Shown here piece after piece: positions 36,614 to 47,094 of a stretch of 64,000 nt of DNA. Each line of letters opens with the position of its first letter. Position 1 is the first letter of the stretch. A program made the translations under genes and the position numbers. Below the pieces are notes generated by a model. That model saw nothing but the letters and a program-made list of their open reading frames with translations, did not search any database and was not told where the DNA came from. This stretch comes from an uncultured Candidatus Saccharibacteria bacterium (GTDB lineage Bacteria > Patescibacteriota > WWE3 > 2-01-FULL-39-13), in NCBI GenBank assembly GCA_964510925.1, contig CAZEDS010000001.1:27704-91703 (forward strand). The letters are read 5' to 3'.

Positions 36614-38131
36614 TTAAAGGACAACAATAACATCATCAAGCTGTATATCAGTAATAGGGGGTTTAAACAAAAGCCCACATTCTTGGCCTTTTTTAGCAAC
36701 TTCTACTTCATTTTTGCCAATATGAATACTCCTAATTCTTGTTACATGAACAGGGTCTTTCATATTTCCGCCTCTAAAAATTCCAACACGTGCATTCAGC
36801 TTATATTTACCGGCCTCAACCATTGTACCAGCGATTACATCGCCAGATTTTGGCAAGGTAAAAGTCTGAATAACAAAACCTGTACCTTTTATTTTAGCTT
36901 CTTCTATTTCTAGAACGCCTTCAAGTGCACCTTCAATTTCTTCAATTACTTTATAAATAATGTCGTGTTCTCTAATAATTATTTTATGAGATTTAGCTAA
37001 ATCCATCATAGAATCAGCAACTTTTGTTCTAAAAGCAATAACAACAGCAGACGAAGTCGAAGCCAACAAAATATCAGACTCTTTAATATCACCGGTACCC
37101 GCAAACATAATGTCGACAACAGCTTCATCAACTTTTAGCTTTTTAAGTGAAGCAACCAATGCCTCTTGTGTTCCTTGGGTATCTGCACGAACAATAATGC
37201 TCAAGCGTTTTTTCTTTGCTTCTTCGCTATTATCCATGACCGCACTAGCACCAGAAACTGCCGTTTTTGCAGCGGCTTTGATATCTTCAATCGATTTTTC
37301 ACCCTTACGATAAATATTATCGCCAACTGCAGGTAAGCTTGAAAACCCAAGTATTTCTACAGCCAAACCTGGCTGAGCTTCAGTAATAGCTTTTGCCCAG
37401 GAATCAGTTAATAGCTTGATTTTGCCTTCAGCCGTAGGCGTCATGACTTCATCTTTAACTTTTAAAGTTCCGTTTTTAACAACAGCTGAAACAACAGTTC
37501 CTTTTTTTGAGTCGTGTTTTGCCTCAATAATAACTGCTTCAAGTGGTCCTTTTGGATCAGCTATAAATTTTTGTTCATCTAATTCTGCTACCAAAGTTAT
37601 TAAATCTAAAAGAGCATCAAGTCCTTGGCCTGTTTTAGCAGATAATTCAGCAACAGGAATATCTCCTCCATAACCTTCAACTAGAATTCCAGATTCAGAT
37701 AACTGTCTTTTAATTTTAGGAGTATCTGCACCTGGCAAATCAATCTTATTAACAGCAACAATAATTGGTACACCAGAAGCCTTGGCATGGGAAATCGCTT
37801 CTTTTGTCTGAGGCATTACACCATCATCTGCGGCAACAACCAAAATAACAATATCTGAAGCAGCTCCACCTCTAGCTCGCATTTGGCTAAAAGCTTCATG
37901 ACCAGGAGTGTCAATAAATGTTATGTTTTTGCCATTTCTTTCAATCGTATACGCACCAATATGTTGAGTTATTCCACCTGATTCTTTAAAAGTTATGCGA
38001 GATTTTCGAATTGCATCAAGAATTGAGGTCTTACCATGATCTACATGTCCCATAATCGTAACAATTGGGGCTCTTAAAAATTTTGCAGGTTCAACAGCTT
38101 TTGTTTTTTTTGCTTTTGACGTTTTTGCCAT
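36614..38131 (-). CDS. infB: translation initiation factor IF-2 (short form)
   Basis: G-domain GHVDHGKTS, DTPGH and NKID motifs. 505 aa, lacking the long N-terminal region. Confidence 0.9.
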   Translation of the reverse strand: MAKTSKAKKTKAVEPAKFLRAPIVTIMGHVDHGKTSILDAIRKSRITFKESGGITQHIGAYTIERNGKNITFIDTPGHEAFSQMRARGGAASDIVILVVAADDGVMPQTKEAISHAKASGVPIIVAVNKIDLPGADTPKIKRQLSESGILVEGYGGDIPVAELSAKTGQGLDALLDLITLVAELDEQKFIADPKGPLEAVIIEAKHDSKKGTVVSAVVKNGTLKVKDEVMTPTAEGKIKLLTDSWAKAITEAQPGLAVEILGFSSLPAVGDNIYRKGEKSIEDIKAAAKTAVSGASAVMDNSEEAKKKRLSIIVRADTQGTQEALVASLKKLKVDEAVVDIMFAGTGDIKESDILLASTSSAVVIAFRTKVADSMMDLAKSHKIIIREHDIIYKVIEEIEGALEGVLEIEEAKIKGTGFVIQTFTLPKSGDVIAGTMVEAGKYKLNARVGIFRGGNMKDPVHVTRIRSIHIGKNEVEVAKKGQECGLLFKPPITDIQLDDVIVVL

Positions 38132-38200
38132 AGAAATCCTATTTAATTAAAAACAAAGCGAGTTATCGAGGTACCAAACGTCTTGTATACAGGCTTAAAT

Positions 38201-39196
38201 TTAAGCAGAAACATCAGAAGAATTATCTTCTGGATTCTCTGTAAATGAAGTGTCTGATCCTTCTACTGTTATTTTCCATCCTGTTAATTTTGCTGCAAGT
38301 CTTGCATTTTGACCGCCATCACCAATTGCTAATGATTGTTGATCTGAAGAAACTCGAACAAGTGCACTCTTAGTTTCAGGATCCAATACAACATCAATAA
38401 CATGCGCAGGTGATAAAGCCGCAGCAATAAATCGATCTGGATCTGGGCTATAGTTTATAATGTCAATTTTTTCGCCATTCAATTCATCAGTAACAGCTTG
38501 AACTCGAACTCCTCTTTGACCAATACATGCGCCAGAAGGATCAATTTTGGGATCATTTGATGAAACGGCAACCTTTGTACGAGATCCAGCCTCTCTTGCG
38601 ATACTCTCAATCTTTACAGTACCTTTTTCCATTTCTGGAACTTCTTCTTTAAAAAGTGCGGTAATAAGCATTGGATCTTTTCTAGATACAATAACGGCAG
38701 AAGAAGCACCTTCGTTTTTAGTAACATCTTTAATCAAAACCTTATATTTCATGTTTACAGAGTAATCTTCTGAAGGAATTTGCTCTGAAAAAGGCATCGA
38801 ACCGTGTGTTTTTCCTAAATCCAAGACGACTTCATCTCGGTCTCTTCTAAAAATATATCCTTGAGTAATAGTACCGATTAAATCTCTATATTCAGAGGCA
38901 ATAGATTCTTTTTCGACTTCTCTAACCTTTTGCAAGATAACTTGTTTAGCTGTTTGTGAAGCTATTCGACCAAATCCGACTGGAGTTACATCTTTCTTTT
39001 CAAGATAAACACGAATTTCACCTGTCTCATCATCGATCTTTACGCTTAATTTTTCTTCATCTTCTTCAGAGATCTCATGATCTTTTTTATAGGCAGCAAT
39101 AACTGCCTCTTGTAAAGAAGCGATAACATCTTCTGGTTTGATGCTTCGTTCACTAGCTAATTGATTTAATGCTGCTCTAAATTCTGATATTGCCAT
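38201..39196 (-). CDS. nusA: transcription termination/antitermination factor NusA (short form)
   Basis: N-terminal domain, S1 domain and two KH domains (GACIGQRGVRVQAV). 331 aa, upstream of infB. Confidence 0.9.
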   Translation of the reverse strand: MAISEFRAALNQLASERSIKPEDVIASLQEAVIAAYKKDHEISEEDEEKLSVKIDDETGEIRVYLEKKDVTPVGFGRIASQTAKQVILQKVREVEKESIASEYRDLIGTITQGYIFRRDRDEVVLDLGKTHGSMPFSEQIPSEDYSVNMKYKVLIKDVTKNEGASSAVIVSRKDPMLITALFKEEVPEMEKGTVKIESIAREAGSRTKVAVSSNDPKIDPSGACIGQRGVRVQAVTDELNGEKIDIINYSPDPDRFIAAALSPAHVIDVVLDPETKSALVRVSSDQQSLAIGDGGQNARLAAKLTGWKITVEGSDTSFTENPEDNSSDVSA

Positions 39197-39348
39197 ATTT
39201 TTATTGAATGATTGAACTAATACTGATGTAATTATATCTTAATTGGAATTATACCTTAATAAATGCGGTTTAATTCAATAAAGTGTGACTTTTAATAGTC
39301 AGTTCTCTCGAACTATAAAATATCAGAATACAGTCTTTTAGTAAAGGT

Positions 39349-39987
39349 TTGAGCAGTAATTACGAGCCAAAAATTGCCTGTTATAATAATTTTATGGACT
39401 CATTCATAACAAAAAAATTCAGGTATTTATTTAAAAATATCAAAACAATAGATGAACTTATCGTGTTTGACCAAGAAAAAGATATAAAAAGTAATATATC
39501 TAGAAAATTTCTTAATTTTTTCACAGAACTTGGTAGCTCAATTCCAATTTTAGTAATAATTTTTATACTTTATTTTTTTCAAGGGAAATTAGTTTTGTGG
39601 GCAATATTACCAATTTATTTATTTCAACTTATAACTGTTGAAATTATAAAAAAGATATTTAACCGATCAAGACCAAAAACACACAAAAAAACTAGCCTTT
39701 TAGGATTTAATACATCAAGTGGATCGTTTCCTTCAGGGCATACCTCAAATATTTTTTGCCTTGCCTTTTTATTAACAAATCTTTATCAAACAAATATTGT
39801 AATAACAACTTTGCTTTATGCGATTGCTGCCAACATTGGCCTAAGCAGAATACTTTTAGGAAAACACTACTTGGTTGACGTTTTTGCCGGAGCAATTTTC
39901 GGCATTAGCCTTGCAGTAATGGGCGTCTATATTTGGATACTACTTTTTAAAAATTATCCTGAGTTATTCCCTAACTTATTTTTTTAA
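39349..39987 (+). CDS. PAP2 family phosphatase (undecaprenyl-diphosphate/phosphatidate phosphatase-like)
   Basis: KxxxxxxRP (KKIFNRSRP), PSGH (FPSGHTS), and SRxxxxxHxxxD (SRILLGKHYLVD). Confidence 0.75.
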   Translation: MSSNYEPKIACYNNFMDSFITKKFRYLFKNIKTIDELIVFDQEKDIKSNISRKFLNFFTELGSSIPILVIIFILYFFQGKLVLWAILPIYLFQLITVEIIKKIFNRSRPKTHKKTSLLGFNTSSGSFPSGHTSNIFCLAFLLTNLYQTNIVITTLLYAIAANIGLSRILLGKHYLVDVFAGAIFGISLAVMGVYIWILLFKNYPELFPNLFF

Positions 39988-39999
39988 TAAGGAAAAACC

Positions 40000-40809
40000 A
40001 TGGAATTTTTTGAATCACATTGCCATCTCGCCGATGATAAATATGCATTAGTTCTCGACGAAATTATTAATAACGCTAAACGTGAAAATATTAAAAAGAT
40101 AATCACAATAGGATGTTCTATTAGCGAAGCTGAAAAATCATTACAAATAGCTAAAGCATATAATCAGTACGTTTATTCAACGGCAGGATTATACCCACAT
40201 GACAACGAATCAGAGCAATATCAAAAGCTTTCTACAAACGAACGATTAAAAATCGTCGAATCAATGTTAATTACCAATCCAGAAATAAAAGCAGTTGGCG
40301 AATGTGGACTAGACTACAAAGAAGCACCTCCGCATGAAAAAGCCCGTTCAAAAGAAGAACAAATAGATTTATTTCAAAACCAAATCCAAATTGCAAAACA
40401 CACAAAAAAACCATTAATCATACATTCAAGAATGGCGACGGCCGATACTCTTAAAATCATCAAAGAAACAAAACTTGAAAATTTTGTATGGCACTGCTTT
40501 AGTGAAGATTTAGAAACAGCAAAAGCCGTAATAAATGCAAATGGCAAGTTATCTTTTACAGGATTAATTACATATAAAAAATTTGCATTTCTAAAAGAGG
40601 TTATAGAATTTGTGCCAACTACAAACTTATTAATCGAAACTGATGGGCCATATTTAATGCCTGAATCCTTAAAAAAATCCAAACCAACGTTTAGTGAACC
40701 TTGGCATGTTAGAATAATTGCACAGGAAATCGCAACAATCAAAAGAATTTCTCTTGAGCAAGTCGCTGATTTTACAACTAAAAATGCAATCAATTTTTTT
40801 GGAATTTAG
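40000..40809 (+). CDS. tatD: TatD family metal-dependent hydrolase (DNase)
   Basis: FESHCHL at the N-terminus, IETDGPY near the C-terminus. 269 aa. Confidence 0.85.
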   Translation: MEFFESHCHLADDKYALVLDEIINNAKRENIKKIITIGCSISEAEKSLQIAKAYNQYVYSTAGLYPHDNESEQYQKLSTNERLKIVESMLITNPEIKAVGECGLDYKEAPPHEKARSKEEQIDLFQNQIQIAKHTKKPLIIHSRMATADTLKIIKETKLENFVWHCFSEDLETAKAVINANGKLSFTGLITYKKFAFLKEVIEFVPTTNLLIETDGPYLMPESLKKSKPTFSEPWHVRIIAQEIATIKRISLEQVADFTTKNAINFFGI

Positions 40810-40843
40810 AAAATTTGTTCTCCACTTTTTAAAAAGAAATTTT

Positions 40844-42268
40844 ATGTTCTTGCTGTTTTTGATTTCAGCTTTGATAATGCTGAAATTTATAACAGATACC
40901 GCTTTTAGCTCTATTACACAAAATTTAGTAATTCTGTACACAATTGGCTGGGGTGAAAAATTACTTTTAAATAGGAATTATTTATATATTTTCTTTTATT
41001 TAGCACTTAGTATTTCTGTAATTTCTGTGTTTTTTTCAATCCGAGAAACATATAGGCAAAACTATTTTGTAGCAAGATTGTATCTAATCAATGCTCTTGC
41101 AAGCTCTATCGTATTGTTAGCAGCATTACTAAAAATTATTAACTTGAATTCTATAAAACCGGTTGAATTTCCATTTTATGCTAAATACATCGCTTTGCCG
41201 TTTTTTTCATCAGTTATCATCTCTTTTGCGGTAATACCACTTGTAATAAAAATTGCAAAGAAATTTCAATTTATGGATGATCCAATAACGCACAAACATC
41301 CAGGAATGCTAATTAAAAAGCCAACACCAAGAGCAGGCGGACTTGCATTTTTACTTGCTGTTTTTATTCCCGCATTGTTCTTATTACCTATATTTGAAAG
41401 CCAAAAACTTTTTGGTGTTTTTTTAGGATGCGCGATATGTGTGATAATCGGATTACTTGACGATAGAAAAGATATAAATCCGTTAATCAGGCTTGGTGGA
41501 CAATTTTTAGCCGCATTAATTGTAACTTTATCTGGAATATTATTAGTTTATATTCCAAATCCTTTTGGAAATGCAATTAAGCTAGATGAATATAAATTTG
41601 TAATAGATTATATGGGTGAACATAAAGTTTTTTATGTTTCGGTAATCGCAACGGTGCTTTGGATTGTAACTACGATGAATTTTTTATCTTGGAGCAACGG
41701 AACCGATGGTGTTTATGCAGGATTAATAACTGTTTCGTGCCTAGTCATGAGCATTTTAATGCTTAAATTTTATGACATTGATGAAAATCTAAAGACATTC
41801 ATAATTCTATCTGCACTTTGTTCTGGTGCTGGTTTAGGTATGGCATTTTTTACCTGGCCTCCACAAAAATTACTCTGGGGATTTGGAGCGACAGGTGCTG
41901 CCTTAATGATTGCTGCTTTATCTATCATTGGAAGCACAAAAGTTGCAACGATGTTAATTGTATTGATTATTCCTTTTCTAGATGGAATATTTGCAATCGT
42001 CCGAAGATTGAGACGTGGACAATTACCATTTTGGGGAGACCGAGAACATTTACACCATAAATTATTAGAAGGATTAGGTTGGACCAAAGGACAAGTCGCA
42101 CTATTTTATTGGACAACTACAATAATTTTTGGAATAGTAGGCCTTATAACATCTGGACAAGCTAGAGCATTATCGCTGTTATCATTAAGTATTATTCTTA
42201 TTGTCTTTATATTATTTTTAAATTTTGCAGGAAATAAGATAAAAAAAATAAAAGAGCAAAACAATTAA
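40844..42268 (+). CDS. polyprenyl-phosphate N-acetylhexosamine-1-phosphate transferase family (MraY/WecA-like) with extra N-terminal TM region
   Basis: GLLDDRKDINP (the DDxxD motif of MraY/WecA) and many TM segments. Start placed at the first Met after the tatD stop. The track ORF starts at 40718 inside tatD. Confidence 0.7.
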   Translation: MFLLFLISALIMLKFITDTAFSSITQNLVILYTIGWGEKLLLNRNYLYIFFYLALSISVISVFFSIRETYRQNYFVARLYLINALASSIVLLAALLKIINLNSIKPVEFPFYAKYIALPFFSSVIISFAVIPLVIKIAKKFQFMDDPITHKHPGMLIKKPTPRAGGLAFLLAVFIPALFLLPIFESQKLFGVFLGCAICVIIGLLDDRKDINPLIRLGGQFLAALIVTLSGILLVYIPNPFGNAIKLDEYKFVIDYMGEHKVFYVSVIATVLWIVTTMNFLSWSNGTDGVYAGLITVSCLVMSILMLKFYDIDENLKTFIILSALCSGAGLGMAFFTWPPQKLLWGFGATGAALMIAALSIIGSTKVATMLIVLIIPFLDGIFAIVRRLRRGQLPFWGDREHLHHKLLEGLGWTKGQVALFYWTTTIIFGIVGLITSGQARALSLLSLSIILIVFILFLNFAGNKIKKIKEQNN

Positions 42269-43212
42269 TGTTTAAAGCCTGTTATAAGAATAATCATCAC
42301 AACCCAAACGATACCAGAATAAAAAAGAGGTTTATCATTTAACAATACACGTTCCGGGCTTTCACCTTCTCGCTTCTCATAAATAACATACAAATAACGG
42401 GCAACAAGGTATATAACAACTGGGATTGTTAACATTAAAAATCGAACGCCAACTAAAGTATGTGGCAATAAAGATGATAAATAATCATTTCTTAAATTTT
42501 CAGGTGAAACAAAAAATGTAAAAAGAGAATAAGTAACAATACACATTGAAGCTGAAACAGAAATCATAGAATCTAATAACGTGTCAGGATAATGCTTCAA
42601 TATTGCACGTGTACTATCATTGCTCATCCCTTGTGCTTCTAAAAGAGTACGTTCAGCTCTTCTTTTACCAAAAGCTAATAATAACGAGACTCCAGTAATA
42701 GCAAGGACTAACCAAGACGAAACTGACAATGGTATAGCTAGTGCTCCTGCATATGCACGCAAAATAAATCCACCGGCAATCGCTAATGCATCAATAATAA
42801 TCAGTCGCTTTAAAAGGGCATTATAGGCAAATTGCAAAAGCACGTACATACTAACGACGATTCCAAAAAATTTTCCTACAAACATAAAAGATGCAGGAAT
42901 CAATAAAACCAAAAGGAAAATAGCAAAAAACCAAGCAACACCTAAAGGCAATAAACCAGAAGCTACTGGTCGATTTTTCTTGATCGGATGTAATCGATCT
43001 TTTTCGTAATCAAAACAATCATTAATTATGTATATGGCAGAAGAAACACCACAAAAATAAAAAAATGCGACAAAAGTTTTTAAAAAATATTCAAAATTAA
43101 AGAGCTCTTCATTAAAGACCAAAGCTGCAAACAAAATACCATTTTTAATCCATTGCCTTGGCCTAGAAGCACGTAATAAATAATAAAAGTACTTCAATTT
43201 AAAAAGTTGCAT
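42265..43212 (-). CDS. UbiA-family prenyltransferase, decaprenyl-phosphate phosphoribosyltransferase (DPPR synthase)-like
   Basis: YIINDCFDYEKDRLHPIKKNRPVASG matches the NDxxDxxxD...RP-ASG signature of DPPR synthases. 315 aa. Convergent 4-nt overlap with the WecA-like gene. Confidence 0.7.
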   Translation of the reverse strand: MQLFKLKYFYYLLRASRPRQWIKNGILFAALVFNEELFNFEYFLKTFVAFFYFCGVSSAIYIINDCFDYEKDRLHPIKKNRPVASGLLPLGVAWFFAIFLLVLLIPASFMFVGKFFGIVVSMYVLLQFAYNALLKRLIIIDALAIAGGFILRAYAGALAIPLSVSSWLVLAITGVSLLLAFGKRRAERTLLEAQGMSNDSTRAILKHYPDTLLDSMISVSASMCIVTYSLFTFFVSPENLRNDYLSSLLPHTLVGVRFLMLTIPVVIYLVARYLYVIYEKREGESPERVLLNDKPLFYSGIVWVVMIILITGFKH

Positions 43213-43266
43213 AGTGATTTATTAAAATATTATAGCAGAGGATACGATAACGATGCCAAAAGGCTA

Positions 43267-43701
43267 TCAAAGTTTATAAATCAAAATCGTAACAGGAAAA
43301 TTCAAAAGAGGTTCTTCAACATCTGCTAGTGTAAATACAAAGTTTGTACTAACACCATCTTTTCCAACTTGCTCCGATAAAGTAACGCCACCTAAACTTG
43401 CGTCTTTTGGCAATACGAAATATTTTTTATATTCTAGACCTTGGTATTTTTCTGGAACAACATTGTATATTACTTGAACTTTATCTTTTGAATTTAAATT
43501 AACTTCCATATCAATTTGATCTATAACTTCTAAAGTTGCTTCAGCTTTATTCAATTGACTAAAGCTATTAACACCTAACACAGAACTTTGTGTGTTTTCT
43601 TCTTCAACATAAGTAGCAAAACCAAATCCGAAAAAAGGTAGTGCAAAAAGAAAAGCTAAAAGAAAAACCAAAGATGTGTTAACTGCAAATTTTCGATACA
43701 T
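43267..43701 (-). CDS. hypothetical signal-anchored protein
   Basis: 144 aa, one N-terminal TM. Confidence 0.5.
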   Translation of the reverse strand: MYRKFAVNTSLVFLLAFLFALPFFGFGFATYVEEENTQSSVLGVNSFSQLNKAEATLEVIDQIDMEVNLNSKDKVQVIYNVVPEKYQGLEYKKYFVLPKDASLGGVTLSEQVGKDGVSTNFVFTLADVEEPLLNFPVTILIYKL

Positions 43702-43702
43702 A

Positions 43703-44287
43703 TTACCAAGACTCCTTTAACTTTGAGAACGAAACCATTTTATTACTATTAGTTTGTAACTCGTCATCATCATATCGATCATCTAGTTCACCGGTAGATT
43801 CTTTTTCAATATCAACAACTAGCAAAACAGTAATTACCGCACAAGCAGAAATAGCAACATAAAAGATCCACCAAGCAGAAACACCAAACGAAGCGTGCAC
43901 AAAAAACATACAAGTTGCTAGCCATGCATATGAAAGCCAAATAAATGATTGTGTGTAAACAACTTCGCTGGAATGAACCATATCCTGTAAATTCATTGAA
44001 TAAAGTTTTGCTGAAAACGAAGGTGAAATATGTGTATCGTGAAATAAATGAGCTTTAATAGTAACCCAAATTAAACCGGATAAAATTGCAGCAAACGCAA
44101 AAATTGAAGAATAGGTTGATACTGAATAATAGTCGCCTTTTGTGAGAACCAATCTCATTGAGTCAACTTTATATTCGACACCAAAATAGTTAACAAAAAA
44201 AACAATTCCAATAACCTTAGCAGCTACAATAAGTACTGCTGGAAATATAGAATAATCAATAAGATTTATTAAAGTTTTAGAAAACAT
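43703..44287 (-). CDS. hypothetical membrane protein (4 TM) with acidic C-terminus
   Basis: 194 aa. 1-nt gap to the downstream gene. Confidence 0.5.
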   Translation of the reverse strand: MFSKTLINLIDYSIFPAVLIVAAKVIGIVFFVNYFGVEYKVDSMRLVLTKGDYYSVSTYSSIFAFAAILSGLIWVTIKAHLFHDTHISPSFSAKLYSMNLQDMVHSSEVVYTQSFIWLSYAWLATCMFFVHASFGVSAWWIFYVAISACAVITVLLVVDIEKESTGELDDRYDDDELQTNSNKMVSFSKLKESW

Positions 44288-44360
44288 GGCAGGAATCTTT
44301 TACTTAATTTATATTAAACGAAACTAATCTTTATTGCAAAATCAGATTTAAAAAACCTGA

Positions 44361-45584
44361 TTAATTCGCAATTTTTTTGACATATTTTGCATCACCAGAA
44401 ACCCAACCTTTCTTTCCTTTTTCATATTCAATCTGATACCAACCAGATTTTTCTGAGGCTACAGCAAATTTTTTACCAACATCAACACGGCCAATTTCTT
44501 TTCCTGTTGTTGAACCTGCATCACGAACCCTTAAATATCCAAGAGAGTTCGAAAGAATTTCGATTGAGAATAAACCATTAGCGGTAGCACCTTCGGATGA
44601 AGTACCGGTTGTTTCAACTTTTTTACCAGAAATTTCTGACAAAACAGCCAAAGCCGATTCAGACAAATTTTCGCTTTGAGAACTACTCAAATATGCAATA
44701 AATGATCCTTGTACTAATTTTGCTTCTTTTACAAGAATTTCGTTTCCTGTTTCTGTGTATAGTTTACCGTCATCAGTAATAAAATAAGCGAATTTTTCAA
44801 TCTTATAATCACCAGAAGTCATAAAACCTCTAGTTTTAAGCCAATAGTTTATAGCACTAGCCCACGATTTTCGATCAGCGTAACCATTGTTTGAAACTTT
44901 TGAAAAATTTATTACAGAAATACCATCAATTTTTGAATCAAAAATAGAAAGTGATTCAGGTATTGGTTTTAAAAACATCGAAACTTTAATATTCAATTCA
45001 TAACCATCAATCAACTTAACGGAAGTTTCTTGCTGTTCATATCCATCTTTTTTAAAAGTTAATTTGTATTCATTATTCTCATTTTTATTCAGTAAGTCTT
45101 TTGTTGAAAACTTTAAAGGAGTTTTTCCAACCTCAACATCATCAACCAAAACTTGAACATTATCTGTATCTGGAGAAATAATAGAAAAAGATTGCAATCC
45201 AGAAGTTCCTCTCTTAAACCAAAAATCTTCGCCAGAGCTAAAAACTTTGCTAACGCCTAAATCTCTTTTTATATAAGCTTCTGTAGAAGATGCTGGTGAA
45301 ACATATGCAGTATACGAATTTGATTCACCATTTAAATCGATTTTTACTTCACCAGGAAAAAAAGCCTCTTTTTTAAGAGGTGCCTCACCAGATGCAATTC
45401 CATTGATTAAAATGGATGCTTTTCCATTTACCGTTTCAATATTAAGTCTTGCACGTCCAAGTTTTCCTACATTATTTAGGTACAAAAGGACTGCAGCTGA
45501 GCCAATAGCTAGTACTGAAACTAAACCTATCAAAAGTTGGTAAATATCAAAACGTTTAGACATAATTCGATGATAGCATAACAA
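44361..45584 (-). CDS. membrane-anchored protein with PEGA-like domains and a C-terminal bacterial SH3 (SH3b) domain
   Basis: N-terminal TM, PEGA-like segments (ILINGIASGEAPLK, VLVDDVEVGKTPLKF), and a C-terminal GYLRVRDAGSTTGKEIGRVDVGKKFAV...GWYQIEY...GWVSGDAKYV SH3b signature. Confidence 0.6.
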   Translation of the reverse strand: MLCYHRIMSKRFDIYQLLIGLVSVLAIGSAAVLLYLNNVGKLGRARLNIETVNGKASILINGIASGEAPLKKEAFFPGEVKIDLNGESNSYTAYVSPASSTEAYIKRDLGVSKVFSSGEDFWFKRGTSGLQSFSIISPDTDNVQVLVDDVEVGKTPLKFSTKDLLNKNENNEYKLTFKKDGYEQQETSVKLIDGYELNIKVSMFLKPIPESLSIFDSKIDGISVINFSKVSNNGYADRKSWASAINYWLKTRGFMTSGDYKIEKFAYFITDDGKLYTETGNEILVKEAKLVQGSFIAYLSSSQSENLSESALAVLSEISGKKVETTGTSSEGATANGLFSIEILSNSLGYLRVRDAGSTTGKEIGRVDVGKKFAVASEKSGWYQIEYEKGKKGWVSGDAKYVKKIAN

Positions 45585-45682
45585 TTAACAGAATGAACTC
45601 TTCTAAAGCCTCTCGGTAAATGAAATTTGGTGCACTTCAATCAAGGCTTCTTCATGTTATAATCCCCTATATTAACCGTTAT

Positions 45683-45758
45683 GGTGAGATAGCCAAGTTG
45701 GTCACGGCATCGGTCTGAAAAACCGACTATGTGAGTTCGATTCTCACTCTCACCACCA
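45683..45758 (+). tRNA. tRNA-Phe (anticodon GAA)
   Basis: Anticodon loop CTGAAAA, T-loop GAGTTCGATTCTCAC, encoded CCA. The 45641..45823 ORF on the other strand is spurious. Confidence 0.9.
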
Positions 45759-45774
45759 TGGGAAAAACTTCCAA

Positions 45775-46521
45775 ATGCAAATCCGCATAAACAAATATCT
45801 TTCAACATGCAAAATAGGATCAAGGCGAAAACTCGAGCAATTGCTTAAAAACAAGGAATTTAGAGTTAACGGCAAAATTGCCGAACCTGGACAAATGATT
45901 GAAACTGATACTGACGTCATAACTCATCATGGAGCAGTTTTATCAGCTCAAGATCAATTTGTTTATATAGCATTAAACAAACCTGTTGGAGTCTTATCAA
46001 CCGCAAAAGACGAACACCACAGAACAACTGTATTGGATTTAATCACAACAGACGAACGATTATATCCAGTCGGAAGATTAGACAAAGAAAGCTCCGGATT
46101 AATCTTATTAACCAATAATGGTGACCTAGCTTTAAAACTTACACATCCCAAATTTCACTTGCCTAAAACATACGATGTCTCAACATTTGAAACAGTAACA
46201 CCAGAACATTTAAAAAAGTTAGCAGATGGAATAAGGCTTCCACAAAACATAAAAACATTACCTGCAATTGCAACACCTATTGGAGACAACTCATTTAGAA
46301 TCATTTTGTATCAAGGATTAAAAAGACAAATACGTGAGATGTGCTTATCTATTGGCCTAAATGTAAAAACATTACATCGTGTAGCAATTGGCCCAATTCA
46401 TATTGGAGGTTTAAAACCTGGCAAATACAGATATATAAGAGAAGCTGAAATCAAAAAATTATTAACGACACAACCAATACCTTTTGAAAAAAAAGAAAAA
46501 ATTGATCCAAATGTCTATTAA
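45775..46521 (+). CDS. pseudouridine synthase, RsuA/RluB family (S4 domain plus catalytic domain)
   Basis: S4-like N-terminus (INKYLSTCKIGSRRKLEQLLKN) and catalytic motif GRLDKESSGLILLTNNG. Confidence 0.8.
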   Translation: MQIRINKYLSTCKIGSRRKLEQLLKNKEFRVNGKIAEPGQMIETDTDVITHHGAVLSAQDQFVYIALNKPVGVLSTAKDEHHRTTVLDLITTDERLYPVGRLDKESSGLILLTNNGDLALKLTHPKFHLPKTYDVSTFETVTPEHLKKLADGIRLPQNIKTLPAIATPIGDNSFRIILYQGLKRQIREMCLSIGLNVKTLHRVAIGPIHIGGLKPGKYRYIREAEIKKLLTTQPIPFEKKEKIDPNVY

Positions 46522-46588
46522 ATGATTCAGTAATATTTCCAGATAACTAACAAACTGTTAAAATTACCCACGTAATAATTAACGTTGA

Positions 46589-46663
46589 GGCTCGGTAGCC
46601 AAGTGGTAAGGCAAGAGTCTGCAAAACTCTTATGCGCCGGTTCAATTCCGGCCCGGGCCTCCA
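46589..46663 (+). tRNA. tRNA-Cys (anticodon GCA)
   Basis: Anticodon loop CTGCAAA, T-loop GGTTCAATTCC, acceptor GGCTCGG/CCGGGCC, encoded CCA. Confidence 0.9.
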
Positions 46664-46779
46664 AAATGTTGATATTACTTATTTAAAACCACACAAAGAT
46701 ATCTTGACACTCTCGGGTGTGGTCTGCTAAATTTTCTACGAAACAATTTGTTCATTAAGTTTTTAGTTTTAATAAATTT

Positions 46780-47073
46780 ATGAATTTACAACCACTAAGT
46801 GACCGTGTAATCCTAAAGTTGGAAAAAGCGGAAGAAATCACATCAGGAGGAATAGTTCTTCCACAAAATGCACAAGAGCAAACACATCTTGGCAAAGTTA
46901 TTTCCGTTGGCCCAGGAAAAAGAAACGACAAAGGTGAAATTATCAAACCCGACGTTTCAACTGGAGACATCGTTGTAATCAGCGGAAAATGGGTAGGCGA
47001 AAATGTAACGGTCGAAGGCGAAGAATACAAAATCGTTTCGGCTTCAGATGTTTTAGCAATCGTAAAAAAATAA
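46780..47073 (+). CDS. groES: co-chaperonin GroES
   Basis: MNLQPLSDRVILK...GGIVLP...VGPGKR. 97 aa, immediately upstream of groEL. Confidence 0.9.
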   Translation: MNLQPLSDRVILKLEKAEEITSGGIVLPQNAQEQTHLGKVISVGPGKRNDKGEIIKPDVSTGDIVVISGKWVGENVTVEGEEYKIVSASDVLAIVKK

Positions 47074-47094
47074 TTAATTAACCACAAATAATCT

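Noticed and set aside
46664-46779. Looked for a CIRCE (HrcA) operator, TTAGCACTC-N9-GAGTGCTAA, upstream of groES
   Set aside because: No CIRCE-like inverted repeat is present. Only a sigma70-like TTGACA...TAAATT pair was seen, which I was not confident enough to report as a feature.
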